The notes under the pieces: generated by a model
What the model saw: the letters and a program-made list of their open reading frames with translations, nothing else
Told to the model about the DNA's origin: nothing
The model's database searches: none
Shown here: piece by piece, positions 35,323-49,748 of the stretch
Numbering within the stretch: the first letter of the stretch is position 1
Layout of the letters: every line of letters starts with the position of its first letter
Assembly (NCBI GenBank): GCA_043228905.1
Contig: JBHGNT010000065.1
Span: forward strand, 76,911-140,910
Length of the DNA: 64,000 nucleotides
Direction: 5' to 3'
DNA from: Azolla caroliniana
Taxonomy: Eukaryota > Plantae > Polypodiophyta
Translations under genes and position numbers: made by a program

Positions 35323-36534
35323 TTAGCGGTTCTGGCTGGGGTAATAAACTGGCATAGCGAAGTGCCGACCTATCGTGGCATCGTCGGCATTCATTATTAA
35401 TCTGGCTTCTATTTGGCCAAGAATGGGCGTGATAGCAGAATAAGAGGAAAACACTACAAAAGCCATTTATCCAATAGTAACGTGCGGTGCCTCCACTGGT
35501 TAACATCCAATCCAACCTAAAAGTAAGCAATCGGCCAAAGGCAACCGAAACATTCTTTAGTAAATTAGTCAAGAACTTAAACTCCGTACTGCGGAAGTGT
35601 TAAGGAAAAGTGGGGCCAGTGATGACACAAAAACTGGTCCTGTAGCGGCCACTCCTCCTAATTTGTTGAGGATACTTCACGGAATAGCATAGATTGATAA
35701 GGGATACCATTCTAATACAATATAAGCCAGAGTGAACATCGGATTCGCAGGCATATAATTGTCGGAGTATCCCAAGACATTAGGTGCATAGAAGAGCCGG
35801 ATGGAGAAGAAAATGGCAAATGCTACCCGACCCACCAAATCCTTGGCGTAAAGATAGAGATGAAAAGCAATTTTATCCACAGAAGAATTTATGCCCAATG
35901 GATTGTTGAATCCGTATTAATATAACGCAGCCGGATAGATAGGACTAGCGCCTGCAATTACGAAAAGGAGTGAGTGATAAGGACTGGAGAAACGATTTAG
36001 GGTGGCATTGTCTACGGAGAAACCACCCCAAAGCCGAGTGACTATGGTATCTCCTACTATAAATACGACACTAGCTGAGCTGGTAGTTACTATAGCTCCC
36101 CGAAAGCTCATTTAACCCCGGAAGAGTACATGGCCTGTGAAAGCGGTAACGATCGTTGATAGAAGGGTGACAACTCCGAGACACCGAATGAATTCTCTGA
36201 GACTGATATAGCTTCCATGATACGGACCGCAGAAAATATAGATATGAACTGCAGTGAAGAACATACTGGCCCCATTGGCATACATGTAACAAAGCAACCA
36301 GCCTCCCTTCACATCTCTCATAATGTGTTCTACGCTGTTGAGAGCCAGATCGACATGAGGTGTATAATACATAGCTGAAAAGACGCCGATAATGATCTAA
36401 ATGACTGGACGAAGACCGGCTAACAAACCAAACCCCCACCGATGACTTATATTGCTCAGAATTAGATGATCTATCGAATGCTAGTTAAGTATAGAAAATA
36501 AAGGCTATTTAAGAATTGGAAGTCACCTGGCCAT
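35323..36534 (-). CDS. cob: Apocytochrome b (403 aa, intronless, at least 11 editable internal stops)
   Basis: MAR*LPILK*P..YTPHVDLA.NSVEHIMRDVKGGWLL..ANGASMFF..LWGGFSVDNATLNRF..NYMPANPM..LEWY..NKLGGVAA..GWIGC*PVEAP; 1,212 nt in one frame. Confidence 0.94.
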
Positions 36535-36560
36535 GATAGTAATAGTAGTATTCGGTTCAT

Positions 36561-36610
36561 TCTGTGTTTTTCCTTCTGCGTGCGGCCCCGAAAAGCGTTC
36601 ATCATGCATC
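36561..36610 (-). promoter_or_regulatory. 50-bp leader shared by cob and rps12
   Basis: Identical in gene orientation to 13771..13820 upstream of rps12. Function is inferred only. Confidence 0.5.
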
Positions 36611-36642
36611 TGCCTTGATGGGGCCTGACTCTTCAGTGTCGG

Positions 36643-37032
36643 TTACTCCCAGTCCAGAGCGCCCTTTTTCCATTCATGAAGAGATCCAATGGTCGGAATC
36701 CGTACAAACACCATCATAGACCGAAATCCAAACCAACCAATCTTGTTCGAGGATACTGCCCGGGGAAACGAGAGGGTCACTTCCGAATCGAAGATAATAA
36801 ATGAAGGGGAGACCGAATAAGGTCATGTATCAAAACGACTTCTGACATCACCAAGTAGGTCAGAACCGCGTTCGTGAGCTGACAATTTATCCGGATAGGC
36901 CGAACCTTTCAAAGCAAATGCGAAAAAAGCACCAATTGGGATCAGGGAAGGTAGCAAACTGATGACTAGGTAGAAAGAAATAGGGGCAAATTCGAAAATG
37001 AGAAGAAAAGTCTTTACGGAAAAGAATGGCAT
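36643..37032 (-). CDS. nad3: NADH dehydrogenase subunit 3 (129 aa with N-terminal extension)
   Basis: EFAPI..YLVISLL..YPDKLSA(H>Y)E(R>C)G.D..GD.RSRFD.*..IIFD.EVT..EWKKGALDWE*. Confidence 0.92.
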
Positions 37033-37314
37033 TCTTTAGAACTTACTTCAGGAAGAATCATCCAGGGCTGCGGTTGCGGTTTCTTCTTTCTTGTATTCAT
37101 AACTTTTTTCTATTGCTTTTTCGGCGAAAAGGCAAGCAAGTTTTACCTGACTTAACTGAAAAGCCATTTTCCTCTCTGCAAACTCCAGGAGAGAGTGGAC
37201 TTCAGGAAATCACAAAGTGGGTCCCCAAGGAGGAAAGGAGGAGGGAACTTGTGAGGAAGTTTCCACCCTCCTTTCGGCCTCTGGGGTTAAACAAGACCCA
37301 GATAAAGTCAAGTT

Positions 37315-37399
37315 AGAGAGCCGTGTAATGGGCGACTATTCCGCACGGTTCGGAGAGCACAACTACGATCACTTCTCCTCGGCAGAAGCTTGACTCTAT
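37315..37399 (+). other. atp1: 3' end (domains V-VI) of group II intron atp1i361g2
   Basis: GAGCCGTGTAATGGGCGACTATTCCGCACGGTTC then ...GACTCTAT immediately before the exon; phase-1 junction in the G-A-L-S region. Confidence 0.88.
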
Positions 37400-38586
<1,187 letters not shown>

Positions 38587-38958
38587 TTCAAGAGATGGGG
38601 AAGGAGGCCCCCTCACGTAATTACTAAGGAGACCCTCCCTTTTGTTTGTAGGAGCGTTAGGCGGGTGAGCGGATAACGGCGGGAATTGAACAAGCCGATA
38701 GATCACCGCCACCTAACCTATAGGTGGTTTGCGGGAATTGGCCCAGTTACCTCCTATAGAAATGCTTTGTTTGTTTGTCTTTTGGTAGGGACAGTCATTA
38801 CGCGTAGCTTCGTTGGACACAACGACTGGCAACGGTTGATTTCGGCCGGCAGCTTCGGGGAAAGGTTTGAACCCATGGCTATGGCAATCTATTTTCTGGC
38901 TTCTTTTTTTCTAAAATAAATTCCGATTCGCTAGAGAGAGATCAATTGCTTGCTTGCT

Positions 38959-39032
38959 TGCGGGGTGGAGTAAATGGCCAACTCGTCAGGCTCATGACCT
39001 GAAGACTGCGGGTTCAAACCCTGCCCCCGCAC
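38959..39032 (+). tRNA. trnfM-CAU: tRNA-fMet(CAU), copy 2
   Basis: Inverted-repeat copy of 18678..18751. Confidence 0.85.
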
Positions 39033-40062
39033 TACATGTTGTCAACAGTAAAAAAGCAAATGAAGATTATTGTATAATAATCCATGCTTAAGAATGGGAA
39101 ACTAACGTGACTATTCATATTGTCAATTCGTTATCATTCGTGTTGTCAATGAGACGGTGACATTCCAATGAAGCGGTTTTCATCATCATGAAGGCCTTCA
39201 TGCATGCATGAAGAACCTGTTTGGTTTGATGAACATGCCGGTTCATCATGCTTGCTGTTTAAAATACTCGTTAGGTGGTTCCGCTTTTCTTTTGGGGAAG
39301 GCGTGCGTTTCAGGCTTGCAGGGAAAAGTGCCATTTCCGAGTTCAAAGATTGCTGCTTTAAAGTGGAAAGAAAAGTGCAAAGCATCTTCTTGCCAGTGAT
39401 TCATCAAGATTGCCGCCGGCTCGGTTTAAAGTGAAAAGAAAAGTGCTGCTTTGCTTTGCTTTGCTGGATTCGCAGATTATGGCCAGAAGATGATATTGCC
39501 TTCTTGCATGATCCTTCTGAATTTTACCAACGGAATTTCGAAATTCCAGCATTCAATTCTTTCCGCAATCTGAGCCGCATTAAAGATTATCGTATAATAA
39601 TCCATGAATATTCAGGCCTTCTTGAAAGTTCAAAAGAAGAACTTTGGTAGCCATTTATATTACACTTTTTACCGCTTCTTCTTCTTCCGCAGTGCAGTTT
39701 TCTTGCGCTTCATGAAGAAAAGGTGCTGTTTGAAATTGTAGCTTGAATCTTATCGGAAAACTAACTCTAGGCCTTCTTGATGAACAGCTATGGATAATAC
39801 GGCGGAAGTTGCTTGCGGGGAAGAACCAAGGTGGTGGATGAACCCGCTGCTTCATCAGCGCGATGAAGACGATTAACGCTACTTATCGGCTACGGTAAAG
39901 TCAGACGGCCCGATGGGGGAGTTGGTAGCAGAAGCTAGACAATTGCGGCGCGGCCCAACAAGAAAAGAAGCGGATTGACGTGGCCGTAGAAAGAATGGAT
40001 AAATTTCTATGTGACCTACAGAAAACAGAGCCGGCGAGACTCCGAAGTATCGCCGGCACTCC

Positions 40063-40135
40063 GGGTAATTAGCTCAGTTGGTAGAGCGCCTCGTTTACAC
40101 CGAGGGAGTCAGCGGTTCGAGTCCGTTATTGCCCA
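40063..40135 (+). tRNA. trnV-UAC: tRNA-Val(UAC), IR copy
   Basis: Inverted-repeat copy of 17575..17647. Confidence 0.93.
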
Positions 40136-40353
40136 TGGTTGTAAACTTGGTTATTAGGACGCCTTAGTTCCTATCAATCTAAAATAGAATGATCAATTAC
40201 CACGCTTAACCTTTCTGGTCGGAGGGGCCAAAGAGGAGGCCCTGCGGTACAACCTATTTGTTTTCTGAAGGCGTTGCGTGCGATTTACAAAGACCTGAAA
40301 GCTTGGCACGCTTTCCCGTTGATTATTGATGGCTCGTGATCTTGTCGGGAAAG

Positions 40354-40440
40354 GGATGGATGTCTGAGCGGTTTAAAGAGTCGGTCTTGAAAACCGAAGT
40401 ATTCGGAGAGATACCGGGGGTTCGAATCCCTCTCCATCCG
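40354..40440 (+). tRNA. trnS-UGA: tRNA-Ser(UGA), IR copy
   Basis: Inverted-repeat copy of 17270..17356. Confidence 0.93.
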
Positions 40441-40586
40441 TGAGTATGGTCATAAGTTAGCATTCCCACTTTCCCATCACCCTAACTTGATTTGGAAAGC
40501 ATATAGGCATTCTATAAGCCTTCTATAAGAGCCTGAGAGGTTAAAAGGGATCGTCGTAAGCGGGCTCCATTGAGCAAGTCGCGCGT

Positions 40587-40618
<32 letters not shown>

Positions 40619-40745
40619 GGGAGAATCGAAAAATACGGGGTGGTGTTTCAGTTTCCTCTAATTGCTACGCCATCCGAGCCATTGGCGTTCTTAGCTCTAT
40701 CCAGTTAGCAGTGAAAAAGGGTGGTTTCGAAATAAGAATCGATGT

Positions 40746-40831
40746 GCGGATATGATGGAATTGGTAGACATGCCAGGTTTAGGTTCTGGTGACCTTACTC
40801 AGTCGTGGGGGTTCAAATCCCTCTATCCGTA
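40746..40831 (+). tRNA. trnL-UAG: tRNA-Leu(UAG), IR copy
   Basis: Inverted-repeat copy of 16879..16964. Confidence 0.92.
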
Positions 40832-42810
40832 GCAGTTGGAACCTCAGAGTTATGCAATCATTAGGCCTCTAGTGAGAAATCAAATGGGTTTCTTCTCTCC
40901 CTTCAATCACTAAGCAGTCCTCCGTCGCCTGGAGAGTGATCCTCGAACGTGTATACGAGCCATCGTAATTACCCAATCACATATTTTAGGGCCCGAACCC
41001 GATCCAACGTACGTAGCCTCGAACCAATGAATCTGGTCACAAGAAACGAACGAAGCCCGAACCATACCTTCGAGACTGAACGACCCGAGGGGCTAACTGC
41101 CTGCCTGCAGAGACTGCACTTCCCAACTTTCTTTGGGAAAGGGACTGCCAAGAATCTGGTAAAAGAGTTCGAATGGTTCGGGGAACAATAGAAAGACGCT
41201 TTGGTTGCCATCGGACAACCTAAAGACCCGAACAGGGTTGATTTATATAGATCTGGTAATAGTGAAGATACTTTGTAGTTTGATATGAAGCAATCGTACA
41301 CCGCCGTATAGAGTGGTAGGTCCTTATACACTCTCTTAAAATGGTTAACAACCAACGCAACCAAAGCAGCTGCTTTTGGTGAATGAAAGCAAAAGTAGCT
41401 TTAGATTCTATTCAAACTAGAATTCGTTTATTATTTAAAGATATGAGTTTGTTTGATCAAAGAAGAAAACAAGGTTTTCTTTGTATTAATAATATTTTCA
41501 TTTATACCGCAATTTTTCTGCTGTCATACAATAGCATTAGAAAATGAGATATTGAAATTGAAAAAAAAGTGTTATAATGTAAGTTTAATGGTAAAGGCCG
41601 TGGCTATTTTGTTTTTCGATTAATTCAGACTCAAGAAAATCTGAGTCTGGGTCAATCTCTGTTGATAAACAATCTGACGGTAAAGATTTTAATAATAATA
41701 ATTTAGACTCTGGAAAAGAGGCAATCCCTATTAATAAACAATCTAACAATAAAGATTCTAAAATATCGTAAGTATTTCAATCGTATATACATCGAAGGAC
41801 GTTAAAATGTCTATTAGTTCTTTATCTTTCTTGAAGTGCGCAATAAACCTATCCTGCATGTTGGTTTGCCTTTTGTTGGTCAGCTTATCAATCAAAAAGG
41901 TCCAGCGAGTTATTATAGATTGATCTCTCGTCAACAAATTGTTCGATCATTTTTTGCAAGTATTCCTTCCTTCTCAAGAAATCCGCCGAATTTGTTTGGC
42001 CCAATCCATCGCTTATCATTAATCTTTCCTTACCTCTCTTTTCTTCGGCTTCAAGCTTAACCTTTGCTTCTTCGAGCAATTGGCACACGCACGGTTTGAA
42101 CGTACAAATTCCTATTTGAATATATTTCTTATGAGATTTATCTAACGCTGACCGCCAGAACATTATTCTTGATAATAAAGTTAGAAGCAGGCAAAAGAAA
42201 TTCTTCAACCTCTGCTTCGCTATCGCCGTCACTATAGGGCTCTTCGCAGTCCAGGTCATCAAGTTCCGCCACAGCGAAGGCCTGTAATCTGAGACATTGT
42301 ACACAGGATCGATGGAGTCGAGCTAGCCGCTTCATCGTTGAGATTAACCTTGAAAGGGCACGCACGGTTTGTTGTTTGCAGAGTATTCTCCAGGAGCAAC
42401 GGTGAATAAACTCTCTGGAAACGAATCTTCATTGTTGTTAGGTGTCTTTTTCCAATGACTTAACAATGCCGGCAAAGACTTACTCCGTTGTTTTTTAACA
42501 AGTTAGACAGGGAGGGTATAGTGCTTTTTGTGCTGCTTTTGTGCCCCCATGTCCGAGGGGCGGGCTCAGATGCCCCCAATTATCAGTAGGGAAGGGAGTG
42601 CGAACTTTCTTCATTAAATTCACGTAGCACCAAATTCACACCAGAATCGAATTCTCGCTTTCTTTTTTTTTGGCAGGTCTCATTGTCAATATTAGAATCA
42701 TTAAGCATTCGAACGATGGATTACCAATTACTCGATTCTGCGATGTAGGGTGTGTGCTGCTAAAGTGTCTAACAGCTCTTGACCCCAGCTCATTACATGT
42801 TTTCAATGGT

Positions 42811-43503
42811 TCACCGCCACCTATAATGCGCGAAACTTCTATTGGCCTCTGCCGGTTTATGAAGATCATCCCTTCTTTTACGAACATTTCCCTTTCTTTG
42901 ATAAGCATCCGGTATCTCAGCAGATGAACATTAATCCAAGCTCTGGCTATTTCTGCTCATAGTACGTCATTTGACAGCTGCTTCCATGATCCGACGAAAA
43001 GCTAAGGTTTCTTAACGTTCTTTGGCAATAATCTTGAGTACATTACGAGTAGTCCCTGCGATTCTCACTTTCTTGATTTCGCGAGTAGGCTTGACATTCT
43101 CTATGGCGTTAGCCAGGAGTGTGATAACATGAACATCGGGTTCAGTTCAGGAAAGACGAGAAGAAGTTTAGGAAACAATAACACGAGATTTTGTTCTTTT
43201 ACCATCAATCATACAAAAGTGGACTAATTTCTTGATTAATCTTTTTTGTTTATTATCCACTCCCCAGATGTAGCTTAATCTCTCCGAGCAGCTGTATGTG
43301 CTTCCTTCACGGCCTCCCTTGGGTCTGGGTGACAAAAGCCCTGCTAGATGGGCGCAGAAATATTTGCAATGGGATCGAAGCGGATGGCTTTCCGTTCCAA
43401 AAGTTTCCGCCGGTCATTCTGAAAGTCTTCCCGAAAAATTAAACCGGTCTGAAGGCGATGAGCGAGAAAAGCAACCATTCCCTGATTTGACCTTTTTATT
43501 CGT
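42811..43503 (-). CDS. rps7: rps7, IR copy
   Basis: Inverted-repeat copy of 14207..14899. Confidence 0.9.
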
Positions 43504-43880
43504 ATCGAATTCTTAGGTTTCTCTGTACCATGTTTTAGTCTGCCTCATCTTCAATCCGGGATTCCCTACGAATCTTTAACTCCTCGAATACGATGATAAT
43601 TCACACCTAACGAATCTTTCACTCTACCTCCTCTAGCCGTAACCGCAGGATGCTCCTATGAATTATAACCCTCGCCAAAGATGTGAGCAATGATATTCCT
43701 TCAATTGCTTGAACGTGCCTTGGCTATCTTGCATAAAGCCAGATTAGGTTTTTTTAGTGTTCTTGTCGAAACACGCGGGCGTACCCCAAACTTTTAGAGA
43801 CATTAATTCGAAGCTCAAGTACATGTTTTGTGACGTTTTGCCCTTCTACAATGACGAAGCAATTAATTTATGGTAGGCGT
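43500..43880 (-). CDS. rps12: rps12, IR copy
   Basis: Inverted-repeat copy of 13830..14210. Confidence 0.93.
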
Positions 43881-44339
43881 ATTTCGCAATCTGTGTTTTT
43901 CCTTCTGCGTGCGGCCCCGAAAAGCGTTCATCATGCATCCGCCCGCTTGACACAGCACTCACCCCTTGACATAACCGAACGATTACCTTTCGGTTGGCGG
44001 TAAATCGTTTAGGTCAAGCAACCTGGACTCGCCACTACCGTACCTAGGGCCGTCCATTGCGATTATGCCGAGGGCGTCTGCCGTAAGCCTAGCAAAAGAA
44101 GAAGATATTGTTGTGATCTGGGAGGCGCGCGCCGTAGTAGCTGGGGTATCGGTTCTTTCCTCCTTTTATTTTCCCGGTCGGTGCTCTCACCCTCGAAGAA
44201 GCATCGATCGGACGATCGCAAGGCGGCATTCTGTTTACGAAATTTCCATCGGCGGGCGTGCGTGAGAGGGGTCTGGACGCCGTTTTCTTCCGACCAGAAC
44301 CCCATTAATTATGACGTTCAACATCACAGTATGCTCAAT

Positions 44340-47300
44340 TCATTGAGGTAGCCAGTCAAAGGCTACTGGAACGCCGAATACAGAAACTACCCGAGCTAAT
44401 GATAAAGGCGGGAAGACTTTCCGTCCAAGTCTCATTGGTTAATCATAACAATGTCATAGAAATGCTGCGCAAACCCATATATATACGAACGGAAAGAAAA
44501 TAACCTTTGTGCCAAACCAGATTGAGCCCGGAATTCCCTGGAAACTAGGAAGATCTAAAATGGATGGCCAACCTCCCGGGAAAGGCGGTGTACATAGACT
44601 AGGAGAGTGAGGGCGCGGCTCTGTGGCCCTTAGCCCAATAGGTGTATCCACACCCTTCTCAAAGAACCGTACGTGACACTCTCGCGTCATACGGCTCCGT
44701 CCCGGGAATATTGAGTTTCCTCTTCTCCAACCAATGCAACGTTTAGGTCTTCGAATCCGATCTCTCTCTCGCATGGATGTCTCGGTGGTGGTTGGCACAG
44801 CAGCAGCAGAGTGGGATCGACTTACAGTTCAGGCTGGCCTACAAGGCGGTTCATCAAACCCGCCAACCCCTTTTTCATCATGAAGGCCTTCATGATGAAC
44901 CGGTTCATCGGCTTAGAGCCCGCATAGACGGAGAAAAATCTCTAAAGTGAGTGAGTCCCCAGGAGAACAATGAGAGGTAGGTGGTCAAAGGCCGAGCGAG
45001 AAAGTTCCTGCCTGCCTGCCTGCCTGCCTGCCGGGGGGAGAGATTGAAGCCACTCAACCTACAGAAAGGGCAGCTGAAAACAACCAACCGGGTTTGTGCT
45101 TGCTGCTGATAAGCACACTTTCTTTAGGTTTTAACCCAGCAGAGAGAATGCGATAGCATTAAAGTGGGTTGGCTACCAGACCAGGGTACTCCTCCCTCCT
45201 CTAACTTGGAATTGATAGCGGAGCGTTAGTAGGGAGCTGTGAGATACGGTGCTTTACCTTCTGACTCCGAGAACGAATTTTTGGAAATAAACAGTACCAT
45301 CACTTCTCCCGCGGGCTCGAGCAAGGCGCCTGACAAGAGGCGCAGCGAGTCTTTCTCCGACCATTCCAAAAAGATCCCCTTTAACGTAACGTAACGAACA
45401 AGTTTTCAGCAGAAATCCCTCTTCGCTGGGGGTTAAGTCGCCTGGTTCAGACTCAATTTGCTCATGGGACGCCAGTAGCAAGCAAGCAAGCAAGCAGTCT
45501 CTCGTCCGCAACAGGAGTACATGGGGCTGCCGTTGTCTCGGTGATTCTGTTTTGCTAGCCTTTCAGACTAGTGTCTACCACTGTTGTTGGTGAGTCTTCT
45601 CTCCCAGGACCAGAATGATTACCCCTGTCCAATGAGTTTACATTCATCCCTGGATGTCGGGTACTGTTTCCTTCCCCGCCATCTTTGTAGCCGTCACCTG
45701 TAATCCGTGCAAGTGTGTCCGCACCCCCTGGAGGAAACGAGAAGGGATTTCTCGGAGCAACCCTCCCTGGTTCCAGACCTAAGAGCGCACTTTCCCATAT
45801 GAGCATTCGATAGTATAGGTCTGGGGAAGAGTTGCGGGATAACCACCTGAGATATCCTCCTAATCTTAGATAGGTCGTCCGACGGGTTCGCGGTTCATTG
45901 CTGTGCTTACACACCAGGCTACCCCTCTTCGAAAGCTTCGCGGGACCTACTAGTCTTCAGATCGTCGCCCGGAGGAGTTTACTGCACAAAGCCCTTGAGG
46001 GGACGCTGGCTCCTGCAGGGAGCGGAAGCCCAACGAATGTCGGATGCAAGGCTCCGCACCTCATTAAGATCGTATTAGCATATTCTCCCGAAAGAGAGGG
46101 AGCAAATCCCATTAAAAGATATTCCGCATTATAGCCCACGACTGATTCAACTTCTACTTCTAGTAGATCAGACGGAGCTCGATTAGTTTCTACTGAGCGA
46201 AAGATAGAAAACAGAATCAATACGGAGAACAAGAGAATGCGAAACCATATCTGCTCTTACGCTATGACAATCTCACTAAAATTACAAAAACCTACACAAA
46301 TTAGTGCAGTAATGATAATAGGACCAATAGATACTTCGTACAAAACCATTTAGACGGCAAATCATGATACTCCTGAAAAAGCATATTTGGAATAAGGAGT
46401 GAAGCTGCTTTTCCACCAATCAACAGGATCAGTGTACGCTGAGTCCTCTCCGAACCATACGAGCACGTCGCCGCGCATACGGCTCTCTACCCCAACAACT
46501 TGCTTTAGATCGCCCGGGAAACCCGCCCGTCGATGTTCCTTCCGTAGAGGCACATTGACACGTGGTTGGCGGGGAGGGCAAAGCCGTACGTGATAGTCTA
46601 CCACCATCTGGCTTTCTTTTTCACTCCGAGAGGTCCGACGTAGTTGCAGGGGTTCGTCGTCTCCTGCTTCTCTGTCGTCCTCTTTAGTTTAGCGGAGTGG
46701 AAAATTCTGACTCAGCGCCTTCATGATGAACCGGCGCGCGCGCGCGCCTTCATGCATGATGATGAAAACCGCTTCTTTTCTTTTCTTTTCTTTTCTTCGG
46801 CCGCCATAAAGCAATGCTTTATAATACCTCGCTCCGTACCCTTCCGTCCCGTTTGGGCTTGGTTCTGGCCCCCCTCGAGTACGCCCGTTCTTGGCGGTCG
46901 TCCTCGTGGTTCGTTCCCAGCAGGCAGGACTCGAGAGGAGCGGGCCGGACGTCATAAATCCAGGTCCTGCGGTCTAGCCTTAGCCCTCGGTAAGCAGATC
47001 GATCGCTTCGTGTTCTCTCTCTGAATTTTGTGGTATGTCCTGTTCTTTTAGTTAAAACTGCTTGCTGGAGATCCACCAAACGACGATCAATTCTATTCCG
47101 CATTGAGTCAGGTTTCGGGGATTCGAGTTTGCAGATTGCGTTGAGTAGAATCTGCCGAAGCTAGGCAGACATCCAGACTCCTTTCCTGCTGCTAGAAGAA
47201 AACAACGTGGAAAAAGAAATAAAGACTTTCCTCTTCCCTGAAAACTAGCGTCTTCCCCGTGCGTGCGTGAGGGGCCCCTTTCGGGGCGGGTACTATGAGT

Positions 47301-48123
47301 CCTCTGACTACCTGCCAGAACAAAATCTGGCTGGGTTTCGCCGGTATCACCTACGGCTCTCATCCCAGATGTCCTGGAATGCAGTAAATCGGGATGTCGT
47401 TCAGTCTCTTGTCCCCAAGAGGATGGGTAATGTGCCTTCATGCAATGGTTGCTCCAATCCGATCTGGCCGGCAAGCAATCCCAGCTGGCAGAAAACAAGA
47501 CAGCGTACAGTCGTTCGCTCGGCACAGAGGTACAAGGATAACTGTAGGTCGTTGGCTACCCAAGGAGACTTCAATTCGCTAGGACGGCACCTCATCCTGA
47601 TCCACAAGGTTGGTTCTTCCACATGGTGTTGTTAGGTACTCCCTGGGAAGACAGGATCGACCTTCAACCATGCTTTTACGGCATGCTCTTCCTTTCTTCC
47701 TGAACTTCTTTGAACGTATCCCTATCCCCTTTTAGCCTCCTACACAAGAACCCCCCCTACCCTTCAAATCGCGAGTCAAGCCTATTACTAGTTCTGTCGA
47801 AGAGCCCTACACCCTGTATAGAGCAGATCATTCCACACTACAAACAATTTGACCACATGGGCGGGCCGGGCTGGCTGCTTTAGTACCACAGGTGACTGAA
47901 CGGCCGCCCTACTAGACCGACCCACTGTAATAATCCCATAAACCCCTGGAGAAGATATAGCAAATAGATAGAATGTACCTACATTTGGATCCGACAATAC
48001 CATACCATAATCAGAAAGTGTAACAGCCCGAGCAACCAAACTTAAATAGGGGTCAGTCAATGCTGCCCTCCAAACCGTACGTGGCAATCTTTTGTCATAC
48101 AGCTCTCACTCGGAACACCTTAA

Positions 48124-48160
<37 letters not shown>

Positions 48161-49168
48161 GAGAGTATTGCCGTCCCTTCCGTTTCGAAGAATTGTTCCT
48201 TATTCTCAACGCCGGCCGGCCGCATACGTACTGGCCGCGTTGAACTAAGGTTTGTTCTGACTAGTTGCCTTCGCGGCTCGGCCAGGTTTCTGGCATTCCT
48301 CCCTCGCTACTATGCGACCTCTGAGACCGCGCATCGTTTACTAGACAATGCGAAGCGGTTACTTCCCGTGGTTGCTCTCTTTTCGTGTCTTTGCCTTTCG
48401 AGGACGGAGTAAGCGCTACGCACTTCCCTGCTTCGCCCCGTCAGAGCACCCAATGGTTACAGGTCTTTGCGCACCTGCTCGATTGTTTAAGTCAGTTCCT
48501 ATGCTGGAATTACTTGTGGCTGGCTGTCCGGCAACCTTGACCGCTTCATGTGGAAGTCAAGGCTTTCGCCCAAACTGGGCCCTGGATTACTCCGCCACAC
48601 ACATACTGACGTATTCTGTTCGGGATACGTAGCCCTTACTCAGGCAGTAGGTACGTACCAAGTGAGTCAATCTAACCTTTCTCGCATCAGCTGAGAGACA
48701 CCACCGAGGAGGGCTAAGCCGTCCTTCCTTCGGGGACCGGGGAAACCGCTTTGCCCGGCTTCGCCCCTTTCCGACTAACTGCTCGCGAACTCGATGGATT
48801 ATTAGCCCAAGATGTTGTATTGGCCCGCCGTATATACTTCCAAGTCAAACATCTATGTTGGTTGTAGAAGGGTATTCTTCCGGAAAGAAAACGAGCCTCG
48901 CACGGCGCACCGTAGATGTAATTACCAGAACCATTACAGAAAGAAAGAAATTAGCACTTGGAGGTGGAATAGGTTCTTTTAAAATTGATTTCAAACCATC
49001 CGCTAAGAGTTATAACAACCCAGATGATCCCACCACATTAAGACCCTTTCAACGTTACATGGAAGCCATGACTTTACGTTCGACTGACACTGGAAAGACT
49101 ACTCCTGGTAAAAGTAATATGATGATTCCAAAGATTTTAGCTAGGAGACGAAGGATATACGGCTTCGT
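44340..49168 (-). CDS. nad1: nad1, IR copy (exons 48911..49168, 47910..48045, 46060..46393, 44340..44601)
   Basis: Inverted-repeat copy of 8542..13370. Confidence 0.93.
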
Positions 49169-49675
49169 TTCGTCAACTAAGATAGGTTTCAAGAAAATGC
49201 CTTCAAAGCAGCATTAGAGGGACTTGCGTTGGCTTTCTTTGCCAACACAAGGTCTGTTCTTGATATTTATGGCAGTTCTTTCTTTCGTTGGCCGTTAGCG
49301 GCGGAAAAAAGTAGTCAATGAAATAATGTCACTTGATAGGCCTCTGACAACGACGTTGCCGACAACCAACCTCTTGAGAAAGGTAGTAAGGATCAAGGTG
49401 TGGATGATGTTATTGATGTTGCGACCCAGACCGACATGGATGGTATTGATGTAGGAGTTCAGACGGATATCTTATTATACCAGCAGGTGCAACTACTCAA
49501 TTTATTGAATTCTTACCGGGCCGTAAAGAGCAGCTCGGCATTGAGGGAAAGCAGGAACCCACCCCACGAGTTTCCTTGAACAGTCTGCAGGAATTGACAG
49601 AAAATCTTGTAGATAGAATGGCCGCCTTGACTTCCGAGGCTCGATGAAACGGGCTGGCTGCTATGAAACTGCCCA

Positions 49676-49748
49676 ACCTACTTAACTCAGGGGTTAGAGT
49701 ATCGCTTTCATACGGCGAAAGTCATTGGTTCGAATCCAGTAGTAGGTA
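49676..49748 (+). tRNA. trnM-CAU: Plastid-derived tRNA-Met(CAU), IR copy
   Basis: Inverted-repeat copy of 7962..8034. Confidence 0.9.

Noticed and set aside
28490-35500. Flanking 60-bp direct repeat as LTR or terminal repeat of the plasmid island
   Set aside because: The repeat is cob coding sequence, so it is a gene-fragment duplication.
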